Below are positions 30,763 to 38,808 of a DNA stretch of 44,451 nt, one piece after another. The stretch covers positions 1 to 44,451 of the forward strand of contig DASVYN010000169.1 in assembly GCA_036392155.1 (NCBI GenBank), read 5' to 3'. A program made the translations under genes and the position numbers. Numbering within the stretch: the first letter of the stretch is position 1; each line of letters opens with the position of its first letter. The notes under the pieces were generated by a model. That model was not told the DNA's origin. It was given only the letters and a program-made list of their open reading frames with translations, and did not search any database. This stretch comes from Sphingomicrobium sp. Lineage in GTDB: Bacteria; Pseudomonadota; Alphaproteobacteria; Sphingomonadales; Sphingomonadaceae.

Positions 30763-30832
30763 CCGCTGCCCCATGGGACTTCCAACCGCAAGGCAGCTCT
30801 TTGTTGAACTTACCTGTTGGAGGTCCCTTGAG
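30763..30832 (+). ncRNA. Structured 5' leader, riboswitch candidate upstream of ornithine decarboxylase
   Basis: GCTGCC (30765-70) pairs with GGCAGC (30792-97); GGGACTTCCAAC (30775-86) pairs with GTTGGAGGTCCC (30816-27), covering the GGAGG Shine-Dalgarno. Confidence 0.65.
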
Positions 30833-32062
30833 TTGCACAAGCAGCATCGCGCGCTGGGGCTAGCCGCCGCCCCAACCGATAGCGAAGGAGCTATCGCAAT
30901 CGCCAAGCAGCGTCCGGTTCAGCCGGTCACTTTGCTGCGCCCGCATGCTGCGAAGCGTGCCGCTTGCTTCTTTGTCGAGAAGTTTCCGGGGCGCTCGCTC
31001 TATGCGGTGAAGGCGAACCCGTCGCCCGACCTGCTCAAGATCTTCTGGAACGCGGGGATCACTCACTATGACGTCGCCTCTATCGGCGAAGTCCGCCTCG
31101 TTCACGAAACACTGCCTGGGGCCGTGCTGTGCTTCATGCACCCCGTAAAGGCCGAGGAAGCAATCGCCGAAGCCTATTTCAAGCATGGCGTGAAGACTTT
31201 CAGCCTGGATAGCGTCGAGGAGCTGGAAAAGATCGTTCGAGCGACTTCGACGGGCGGTGTTCCGGCAAACGACCTGAACCTCCTGGTACGCATTCGCGTC
31301 AGCTCGGACCACGCCAAGCTCAGCCTCGCATCCAAGTTCGGCGCCGATCCGCGCGAGGTCAGCGCACTCCTGGTCGCAGTTCGCCAAGCCGCCGACGCCC
31401 TGGGCATCTGTTTCCACGTCGGTAGCCAGGCGATGACCCCTGCGGCGTTCGCCGAAGCCATGGCGCGCGTCCGAACGGCGATCGTCGAAGCCGCAGTGAC
31501 GGTCGACATCGTCGATGTCGGCGGAGGGTTTCCCTCCTCCTATCCGGGGATGGAGCCACCGCCGCTCGAGACCTATTTTGCGGTGATTCACCAGGCATTC
31601 GAAGCGCTGCCGATCAGCTATTCGGCCGAGCTGTGGTGCGAGCCGGGCCGGGCATTATGCGCCGAATATGCGAGCGTACTCGTCCGCGTTGAAAGGCGCC
31701 GCGGCGACGAGCTCTACATCAACGACGGTGCCTACGGGGCTTTGTTCGACGCCGCGCATATCCACTGGCGCTACCCGGTTCGGCTCGTCCGCGACGAGCA
31801 ATCGCGCATTCGGCCGATGCAGTTCAGCTTCTACGGTCCGACCTGCGACGACCTTGACCGCATGGCTGGGCCCTTCGAACTGCCCGGCGATGCGGCCGTC
31901 GGCGACTATATCGAAATCGGCATGCTCGGCGCCTACGGGTGCGCGATGCGGACGCATTTCAATGGCTTCGGAGTGGCCGACTCGGCGATCGTTGACGATG
32001 AGCCGATGGCCAGCCTTTACGGTGCGAGTGCGCCCGCGCGGAGCAACGTCGTGAAGCTTTAA
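30833..32062 (+). CDS. Ornithine decarboxylase (alanine-racemase fold, group IV PLP decarboxylase)
   Basis: YAVKANP (PLP lysine), SKFG, FHVGSQ, DVGGGF, EPGR, GPTCD, GAY; TTG start 8 nt after GGAGGT. Confidence 0.92.
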   Translation: MHKQHRALGLAAAPTDSEGAIAIAKQRPVQPVTLLRPHAAKRAACFFVEKFPGRSLYAVKANPSPDLLKIFWNAGITHYDVASIGEVRLVHETLPGAVLCFMHPVKAEEAIAEAYFKHGVKTFSLDSVEELEKIVRATSTGGVPANDLNLLVRIRVSSDHAKLSLASKFGADPREVSALLVAVRQAADALGICFHVGSQAMTPAAFAEAMARVRTAIVEAAVTVDIVDVGGGFPSSYPGMEPPPLETYFAVIHQAFEALPISYSAELWCEPGRALCAEYASVLVRVERRRGDELYINDGAYGALFDAAHIHWRYPVRLVRDEQSRIRPMQFSFYGPTCDDLDRMAGPFELPGDAAVGDYIEIGMLGAYGCAMRTHFNGFGVADSAIVDDEPMASLYGASAPARSNVVKL

Positions 32063-32106
32063 AGTCCTCGTGCTCCGGCGTAGGGCGCCCTCGAACTGGC
32101 AGTTTG

Positions 32107-32196
32107 AAGGGACCCGGTCGGCCGGAGCCCGGCCGATGACAAAAAGCAAACGACTACAAACCCTGGGCTCCGGCTTTGGCCGGCGCAATGTCCCTT
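32107..32196 (+). ncRNA. Intergenic structured RNA element before the DHS-like gene
   Basis: Nested stems of 7, 7 and 12 bp around a 30-nt A/C-rich loop, with a competing 8-bp hairpin at 32118-32136. Confidence 0.45.
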
Positions 32197-32210
32197 ATTT
32201 GGAGCATGAA

Positions 32211-33293
32211 ATGACGACTGAAACTCTGAACAAGGTTCAGGACGCCGAGCGGATCAACGACACACGCAAGGCGGAGCTGCTCTCGACGCCGATCGAACAT
32301 ATCGACATCACCACGTTCGATGCCCGTCCGATCATCGACTCGATGGGCAAGATGAGTTTCACGAGCCGCGATCTCGCGCGCGCAACCCAGATCTACAACA
32401 TGATGATTGAGGATCGGGACTGCTCGATCATCCTGGTGATCGCAGGCTCGACCTCAGCGGGCGGCTGCATGGACCTCTATGCCGAGCTGGTGAAGTCGAA
32501 CATGGTCGACGCGATCGTCGCCACTGGCGCTTCGATCGTCGATATGGATTTCTTCGAAGCGCTCGGTCACAAGCATTACCAAGCCAATGAAATTCCTGAC
32601 GATGATACGCTGCGCTCGCTCTACATCGACCGCATTTACGACACCTATATCGACGAGGAACAGCTTCAGGACTGCGATCATACGATTGGCAACATCGCCG
32701 ACCAGCTCGAGCCCCGCCCCTACAGCAGCCGCGCCTTCATCAGCGAAATGGGCAAATGGCTGAGCAGCGGCAATGCCAAGAAGCAGGGTAGCCTGGTCCA
32801 GCTCGCTTACGAGCATGACGTGCCGATCTTCTGCCCGGCCTTCACCGACAGCTCGGCGGGCTTCGGCCTCGTCAAGCATCAGGTCGACGCGATGAAGCGC
32901 GGCGGTCGCTACATGACCTTGGACAGTATCGCCGACTTTCGCGAGCTCACCGAAATCAAGGTCAAGGCTGGAACCACCGGCTTGCTGATGATCGGCGGCG
33001 GCGTCCCGAAGAACTTCACCCAGGATACCGTCGTCTGCGCCGAAATCCTCGGCCATGAGGATGTCGAAGTGCACAAATATGCGGTGCAGATCACCGTCGC
33101 CGACGTCCGCGACGGCGCCTGTTCCTCCTCGACGCTCCAGGAGGCGGCGAGCTGGGGCAAGGTGTCGACGGCGCTGGAGCAGATGGTCTTCGCCGAGGCG
33201 ACCTCGGTGCTTCCGCTGCTCGCCAGCGACGCCTGGCATCGCGGCGCCTGGCGAAACCGGGAAAAGCGCCGCTTCGCCAAGCTGTTCGACTGA
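32211..33293 (+). CDS. Deoxyhypusine-synthase-like protein (SpeY/homospermidine-synthesis type)
   Basis: VDAIVATGA, IDRIYDT, VPIFCPAFTDSSAG, IGGGVPKNF, DGACSSSTLQEAASWGKV (catalytic Lys), EAT..LPL; GGAG Shine-Dalgarno. Confidence 0.9.
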   Translation: MTTETLNKVQDAERINDTRKAELLSTPIEHIDITTFDARPIIDSMGKMSFTSRDLARATQIYNMMIEDRDCSIILVIAGSTSAGGCMDLYAELVKSNMVDAIVATGASIVDMDFFEALGHKHYQANEIPDDDTLRSLYIDRIYDTYIDEEQLQDCDHTIGNIADQLEPRPYSSRAFISEMGKWLSSGNAKKQGSLVQLAYEHDVPIFCPAFTDSSAGFGLVKHQVDAMKRGGRYMTLDSIADFRELTEIKVKAGTTGLLMIGGGVPKNFTQDTVVCAEILGHEDVEVHKYAVQITVADVRDGACSSSTLQEAASWGKVSTALEQMVFAEATSVLPLLASDAWHRGAWRNREKRRFAKLFD

Positions 33294-33355
33294 ATCGATT
33301 GCCAAGCGCAACGAGCTGAAGCACCCTCTCCGCCCGAACCGGGGAGACCATTGCA

Positions 33356-33790
33356 ATGAACAGTCCGCTTCTTGCGCCGATCGTCGTGCTCGTCGCGTGG
33401 ACGTTGGTGATGCAGATCTGGCTCTATGCAGCGCGATTACCGGCGATGCGCAGGGCCGGCATCAGCCTGAAGGGCCGCGTGGGGACGCGCGGCGGTGCGC
33501 TCGAGGGCGTCATACCCGATCAGGCCAACTGGAAAGCCCATAATTACAACCATCTGCTTGAGCAGCCGACGATTTTCTATGCGATCGCATTCGCACTGAT
33601 CCTCATGCGCTTCGACGCGCCGATCAACGTTTATCTTGCCTGGGGCTACGTCGGCTTTAGAATTGCCCATAGCCTGGTGCAGGCCACGGTGAATATCGTC
33701 CTGTACCGCTTCCTGCTCTTCGTCGGCGCGAGTCTCTGCCTGATCGGCCTTACGACCCACGCCGCAATCTTCCTCATCCGCCACGGGTGA
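33356..33790 (+). CDS. MAPEG family membrane protein
   Basis: Four hydrophobic helices, AHNYNHLLEQPTIFY, AWGYVGFRIAHSLVQ. Confidence 0.87.
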   Translation: MNSPLLAPIVVLVAWTLVMQIWLYAARLPAMRRAGISLKGRVGTRGGALEGVIPDQANWKAHNYNHLLEQPTIFYAIAFALILMRFDAPINVYLAWGYVGFRIAHSLVQATVNIVLYRFLLFVGASLCLIGLTTHAAIFLIRHG

Positions 33791-34949
33791 AGCAGGCGGC
33801 GAGCTCGACATGGGTTGACCAGCGAAACTGGCCGACCGGAATTATCCATTCGAGCTTGAATCCGCCGTCAACGAGCATTTTCGCATCGCGGGCGAAGGTT
33901 GCGGGGTTGCAGCTAACATAAGCGATGCGCCCGACCGATGAGCGGGCGAGCGCCGTTGCCTGCTCTGCAGCGCCCGCGCGCGGTGGGTCGAGGATTACGG
34001 CCTCGAACGGTTCAAGCTCCTTGGCGTCGAGCGGTTGGCGGTAAAGGTCGCGGTGCTCGACGTTCATACTGGGTGCCGCTCGTTTGAGGGCGGCAGTCGC
34101 ATCGCGCGACGCCTCTGCGGCATAGCTCGCATTCGTCGCCAGCGCGAAGGTACCGAGGCCAGCGAACAGGTCGGCGATTCTGTTGCTTGCCATGATCGCT
34201 TCCAGGACGGCGTCGATCAGCGCACGCTCACCGTCTTCCGTCGCCTGGAGGAACCCCCCGGCCGGAAAGCCGACCCGCCTGCCGCAAAGCGTCACCGTCG
34301 CCGGCTGCGGCTCATACAATGCCTCTGGTCCCAGACCGCGATCGATGCCGAGCCGGGCGAGGTCATGCCGCGTCGCGAATGACGTCAGCTGCTCGATTTC
34401 GGACAATCTGCCGGCCGGAATGCCCTTGATCAGAACTTCGCCACCGGCGTCCAGGAGCGTCAGCTGGATTTCCGCCACCCGCTTGGGCTGCAGCATGCCC
34501 GAAAGCAGTTGTCGAAGCGGCTCCGTCAGCGCGAACAGCTCAGGACGGAGAATGTGGCATTCGCGCATATCGACGATTCGGTGCGATTGCTCCGCGTTGA
34601 AGCCGAGAAGCAAGCTTTCCCCGACCCGCAACGCCTTGAGCGTCGCGCGGCGTCGGCTTCGCGGCGGCGACAGGTGCGGCTCGCGGACGAAACTCGTCAG
34701 TCCATGCTGCGCAAGCGCAGTTTCGACTCGCGAAACCAGAAAGTCGCGATAAGCCTCGTCGTCGGCATGCTGGAGCTGGCATCCGCCGCACTCCGGGAAG
34801 TGCCGGCAAGGCGGTTCCTGGTGGTGCACCCCGTAGGCCAGCGCGCCGTCCTCCAGCACGACATCCCCCGGCACCCCGAATGGGACATGTCGGCCGCTTG
34901 GCGTCACGCCGTCGCCGCGCGCTGCGATGCGGACGATCGCTTCGTCCAT
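33774..34949 (-). CDS. rlmD: RlmD/TrmA-family RNA m5U methyltransferase
   Basis: CRHFPECGGCQLQH Fe-S motif, FLQAT, DLFAGLGTF, LDPPRAG, YVSCNPATFARD, HVE. Confidence 0.85.
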   Translation of the reverse strand: MDEAIVRIAARGDGVTPSGRHVPFGVPGDVVLEDGALAYGVHHQEPPCRHFPECGGCQLQHADDEAYRDFLVSRVETALAQHGLTSFVREPHLSPPRSRRRATLKALRVGESLLLGFNAEQSHRIVDMRECHILRPELFALTEPLRQLLSGMLQPKRVAEIQLTLLDAGGEVLIKGIPAGRLSEIEQLTSFATRHDLARLGIDRGLGPEALYEPQPATVTLCGRRVGFPAGGFLQATEDGERALIDAVLEAIMASNRIADLFAGLGTFALATNASYAAEASRDATAALKRAAPSMNVEHRDLYRQPLDAKELEPFEAVILDPPRAGAAEQATALARSSVGRIAYVSCNPATFARDAKMLVDGGFKLEWIIPVGQFRWSTHVELAACFTRGG

Positions 34950-36307
34950 CAGAGAAGGGCAAGCGCCCGAGGAATTGCGTCCGCGAGATCGTCCGCAATC
35001 AACTGCGGACCCGCAAGCTCTGCCGCCCGGCAATGAAGCCAGACCGCGGCGCACGCCGCTTCGAACGCGTGGAGCCCCCTAGCACGCATTGCAGCCGTAA
35101 TTCCGGCAAGCACGTCGCCCGTTCCCGCGCTCGCCAGCCAGGGATGAGCGCGGGGCGCAAAACCGACCCGGCCATCCGGTGCTGCGACCACGGTGTCAGG
35201 GCCCTTGTAGACGACCACTGCGCCGGAGCGCCGGGCCGCCTCGAGCGCGCGTTCGGGTTTCGATCCGGGCAGCTCGCCGAACAATTTGCGGAATTCTCCC
35301 TCGTGCGGAGTCACGATCGCGTCCTGGCCGATCAGTCGCTCGGGTTGCCCGAGCTGCGTGATCGCATCGGCATCGATCACCTTGGGCGCCCGCGACGTCA
35401 GCGCCAACGTCAGCACCTGCGGCACATCGCCGAGGCCGGGTCCGACGAGCAGGCAGCCGATCCTCTCGTCGTTGACCGGCGCACTGTCGATCTGAACAAT
35501 TGCCGAAAATAGTCGGTCGATCGGTTTTGACGTACTTACGCGAACATAGCCTGCTCCGGCACGCGCGGCAGCTTTGGCCGCAAGCGCAATCGCGCCGGGC
35601 ATCACTCCCGCGAGCGCATGCACAAGGCCGCGGCTATATTTATGGCCGCCGGGGTCAAGCGGCGGCAGCTGCGGCGGTCCGATTTCGTGCCAATCCGCCA
35701 CTGCGCCGATGCCGATGTCCGCGAGCACCAGCCGGCCGCATCGGTTGATTGCAGGATAGAGCAAATGTGCGGGCTTGAGTGCGCCGAACGTTACCGTCAT
35801 GTCGAACTGTGCAATCGAGCTCAGCTCCGCTCCGCTGTCGGTCTCGACCCCGCTCGGCAGGTCACAGGCGATCTTGATTACTGCCAGATCACATAATCTT
35901 CGAAGCTGTTGTAAAACAGCATCTTCCAGCCCTTTTTTGATACCCGTTCCAAAAATTGCATCGATGAGGAGCGGCGCTGGAGCAGTGTCTTCGCCGAGCT
36001 GTTCAACATCGCGATTCCATTGGGAGCGGGCCCATTTGGCAGCATCGCTCTTGGGTTGGCCGAGCGCCGCGACGCGGACCTCGACGCCGCGCTCGAAGAG
36101 GTGCCGCGCGGCCACATAGCCATCGCCGCCATTGTTTCCGGTCCCGCAAAGGACGAGTGCAGCCGTTGGGCCGGCGAACCGGTGGGCCGCCTCGGCAAGT
36201 GCTTCCCCGGCACGCTCCATCAAAATCTCGACGGTGGCACCGGCATCGATCGAGCGCTGCTCGGCAATGCGCATCGCTTCAGCGGCGAGGATCGGGCGCC
36301 CACTCAT
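34949..36307 (-). CDS. nnr: Bifunctional NAD(P)H-hydrate epimerase/dehydratase
   Basis: LMERAG, GTGNNGGDG, DAIFGTG, DLPSG, HKYSRG, IDADA, TPHEGEF, AGTGDVLAG. Confidence 0.94.
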   Translation of the reverse strand: MSGRPILAAEAMRIAEQRSIDAGATVEILMERAGEALAEAAHRFAGPTAALVLCGTGNNGGDGYVAARHLFERGVEVRVAALGQPKSDAAKWARSQWNRDVEQLGEDTAPAPLLIDAIFGTGIKKGLEDAVLQQLRRLCDLAVIKIACDLPSGVETDSGAELSSIAQFDMTVTFGALKPAHLLYPAINRCGRLVLADIGIGAVADWHEIGPPQLPPLDPGGHKYSRGLVHALAGVMPGAIALAAKAAARAGAGYVRVSTSKPIDRLFSAIVQIDSAPVNDERIGCLLVGPGLGDVPQVLTLALTSRAPKVIDADAITQLGQPERLIGQDAIVTPHEGEFRKLFGELPGSKPERALEAARRSGAVVVYKGPDTVVAAPDGRVGFAPRAHPWLASAGTGDVLAGITAAMRARGLHAFEAACAAVWLHCRAAELAGPQLIADDLADAIPRALALL

Positions 36308-36316
36308 CGCGCCGCC

Positions 36317-37132
36317 CTAGCGCAGGAAGGTCGCCAGACGCCACCATTCGCGCGGAACCGCATCGGCCGCGGCATTGCGAGCGTCCTCGCTGGCAAACAA
36401 GGCGAAGCAGGTTGCGCCCGAGCCGGACATCCGCACGAAATTCGCGCCAGGCTGGACACCAAGCCACGCAAGCACGCTCCTGATCTGCGGCACCAGTGCA
36501 ATCGCCGGCGCTTCAAGGTCGTTTCTGCCTTCGCGCCAGTCATCGAGCGGCCCGAGATCAGTGCCGTCCAAACGTGCGAAGACCTCCGCCGTCGAGAGCG
36601 ACGCGCGCGGGTTCACCAGAAGGACCGGTGTGCCGGAAAGCTCGAAGGCAGCAATCGGCGCCAACTGGTCGCCTGCTCCCACTCCGCGCGACGGCAGGCT
36701 CAGCAAACAGGCTGGAACATCGCTTCCAAGCGCCGGCGCCACCGCCTCGGCGTGGTTGGGGTCGATGCTCCACATGGTCGTCAGTAGCCGCAGAGCGGCC
36801 GCGGCATCGGCCGATCCGCCCCCTATTCCCGACGCCACCGGCAATCTCTTGTCGAGCGTAAGCGCCGCGCCGTAGGCTGTGACTCCAGCGGCCTTCGCCA
36901 ATGCTCTGGCAGCCCTTGTGACGAGATTTTCCTGCGTCTCATCGAGGTCCGAAGCGAAAGGCCCGGTCAAGCGAAGCGAAATCTCGCTTGCCGGCTCGCC
37001 GGTTAGCCAGTCGCCGTCCGTGCAGAATGCATAGATCGTTTCGATTGCATGCCGTCCGTCAGCCAGCCTTCCCCTCACATGCAGCGCTAGGTTGAGCTTC
37101 GCCGGCGCGATCTCACGGGCCTGAGCGCTCAA
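36317..37132 (-). CDS. ispE: 4-(cytidine 5'-diphospho)-2-C-methyl-D-erythritol kinase
   Basis: APAKLNLALHV, KRLPVASGIGGGSADAAA, LGSDVP, NDLE, RMSGSGATCF; TTG 37132 overlaps the TPR stop. Confidence 0.95.
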   Translation of the reverse strand: MSAQAREIAPAKLNLALHVRGRLADGRHAIETIYAFCTDGDWLTGEPASEISLRLTGPFASDLDETQENLVTRAARALAKAAGVTAYGAALTLDKRLPVASGIGGGSADAAAALRLLTTMWSIDPNHAEAVAPALGSDVPACLLSLPSRGVGAGDQLAPIAAFELSGTPVLLVNPRASLSTAEVFARLDGTDLGPLDDWREGRNDLEAPAIALVPQIRSVLAWLGVQPGANFVRMSGSGATCFALFASEDARNAAADAVPREWWRLATFLR

Positions 37133-38808
37133 GGCGCGGCATTCGCCGGGCTGAGACCGCCCGACAGTTTCGCTTTCACCCGCGCCGCGATCTCGTCCTC
37201 GGCCGTCACAAGCGCCGCGCTCCACGCGAAGCGGGCCTCATAGTGCCGCCCCGATTTGTAGAGTGCGTCGCCGAGATGCTCCTGGATTTCAGCCTGTTCA
37301 GGCTCCTTCTCGGCTGCTTCCTGCAATGTCGCGATCGCTTCGCTGACCTTGCCGCGCTTGAACTGCGCCCAACCGAGCGAATCGGTGATCGAGCCATTGT
37401 CCGGCGCGAGCTCGGTCGCTTTGCGGATCATCGCTTCGGCCGAATCCACATTCTCGCCATGTTCGAGCTGGGCATAACCCAGAAAGTTGAGGAGCAGCGG
37501 CTCGTCGGGCGCGATCGCCTGAGCCTGTTGCAATGCCTGCCTTGCCTCCGGCCAGCGCCCCGCGTCCTGCAATGCATTCGCCCGATAGAAAAGCTGCTGC
37601 CAAAGCTCTCCCTTCAGATCATGGGTCTCGGCAAAGCTGATTGCACGGCCAAAGGCATCTGCGGCCTCTGCGGGGCGCTTCATGGACTCAAGCACTTTGC
37701 CCAGCCGCGAATAATCGGCGAGGTCGGCGTCGTGCGCTGCAGCTGCGATCGAAGCAATCTGATAAGCTTCGTTGAGCCGTTTTCGGTCGATCAGGATCTG
37801 GACTTCGACATCGCGAATGGCGGAGATCAACGTGTCACCGGGCGGCACGCTGCGAAGTAGTGCCAGCGCTTCCTCGCTTCGGTTCTGTTCGGCCAGCATC
37901 AACGCCAGGAGCGCGGTCGCACTGCTGCTTTGCGGGTTCAGGTAGCGCGCGACCTGCACGATGCCGATCGGCGGGGCCGACCGCTGCAGCCGGACAAGGT
38001 CGGCGGCGAGAGCGGAGAGATTCTCGCTGAAGGCCTTGGCAGAATTGTCAATCGCTTGGCCACTGCTCCTGCCGGCAAGGACTCTCTGCCGGGCCGCAGC
38101 TTCGCCCTCGCCCATTCCCTCGACGATCATCAGGGCCCGGGGACGATCGCCCGCGGCAAGGAAGCCATCGGCGAGCGCCAGTCGCAGTCGCTGCTCTCGA
38201 GGGCCTGCGGAGCCGACCAATCGGCGGGCAATCGGCTCCGCATCCGCGCTACGTTTGGCCTTGAGCAGAATGAAGGCTCGCGATTCGAGCACAATCGCCG
38301 CGAGATTGGCCTGCTGCACTTGATCAAGAGCCGACAATGCCTGGTCAAAATTGCCCTGGTCAGCCGCTGCCCAGGCGCGGACGATCGGCACGAGAAATGT
38401 CAAATCGCCACCATCGCCTTTTGCGGACAGCCAGGAAATCGCGCGGTCAGCGCGACCGCGCCGGATTTCATCGGCGACCAGCAGTAGCCGGGCGTCCGTG
38501 GGGAGATTGGTCGACGGGACTTGGTGGGCAAGGTTCAAGGCAAGATCCATTTGCCCCGCGCCGATCGCCTCCAGCAGCGCCTTCCTCGCAATATCGGGCT
38601 GGTCGGGCTCGGACTCGGTAAGCGATGCGAGCAGCTGCGCGGCGCGCGAATGATCACCGCTCATCGCCGCAGCACGGGCCTGGATGTAGGTCTTGGCAGG
38701 ATCGAATATGCTTATGCGAGCCGAGCCCGCCGTCGAGCCGAGCGCAAGAGCCGCGAGGCCACCGCTGGCCAGCAGCCATTTACATGTTTGGGTAATTGGG
38801 GCCTCCAC
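37129..38808 (-). CDS. Exported tetratricopeptide-repeat protein
   Basis: Signal-like N-terminus; TPR motifs LLNFLGY, ITDSLGWAQFKRG, IQEHLGDALY; usual position before ispE. Start uncertain (GTG 38808). Confidence 0.85.
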   Translation of the reverse strand: MEAPITQTCKWLLASGGLAALALGSTAGSARISIFDPAKTYIQARAAAMSGDHSRAAQLLASLTESEPDQPDIARKALLEAIGAGQMDLALNLAHQVPSTNLPTDARLLLVADEIRRGRADRAISWLSAKGDGGDLTFLVPIVRAWAAADQGNFDQALSALDQVQQANLAAIVLESRAFILLKAKRSADAEPIARRLVGSAGPREQRLRLALADGFLAAGDRPRALMIVEGMGEGEAAARQRVLAGRSSGQAIDNSAKAFSENLSALAADLVRLQRSAPPIGIVQVARYLNPQSSSATALLALMLAEQNRSEEALALLRSVPPGDTLISAIRDVEVQILIDRKRLNEAYQIASIAAAAHDADLADYSRLGKVLESMKRPAEAADAFGRAISFAETHDLKGELWQQLFYRANALQDAGRWPEARQALQQAQAIAPDEPLLLNFLGYAQLEHGENVDSAEAMIRKATELAPDNGSITDSLGWAQFKRGKVSEAIATLQEAAEKEPEQAEIQEHLGDALYKSGRHYEARFAWSAALVTAEDEIAARVKAKLSGGLSPANAAP

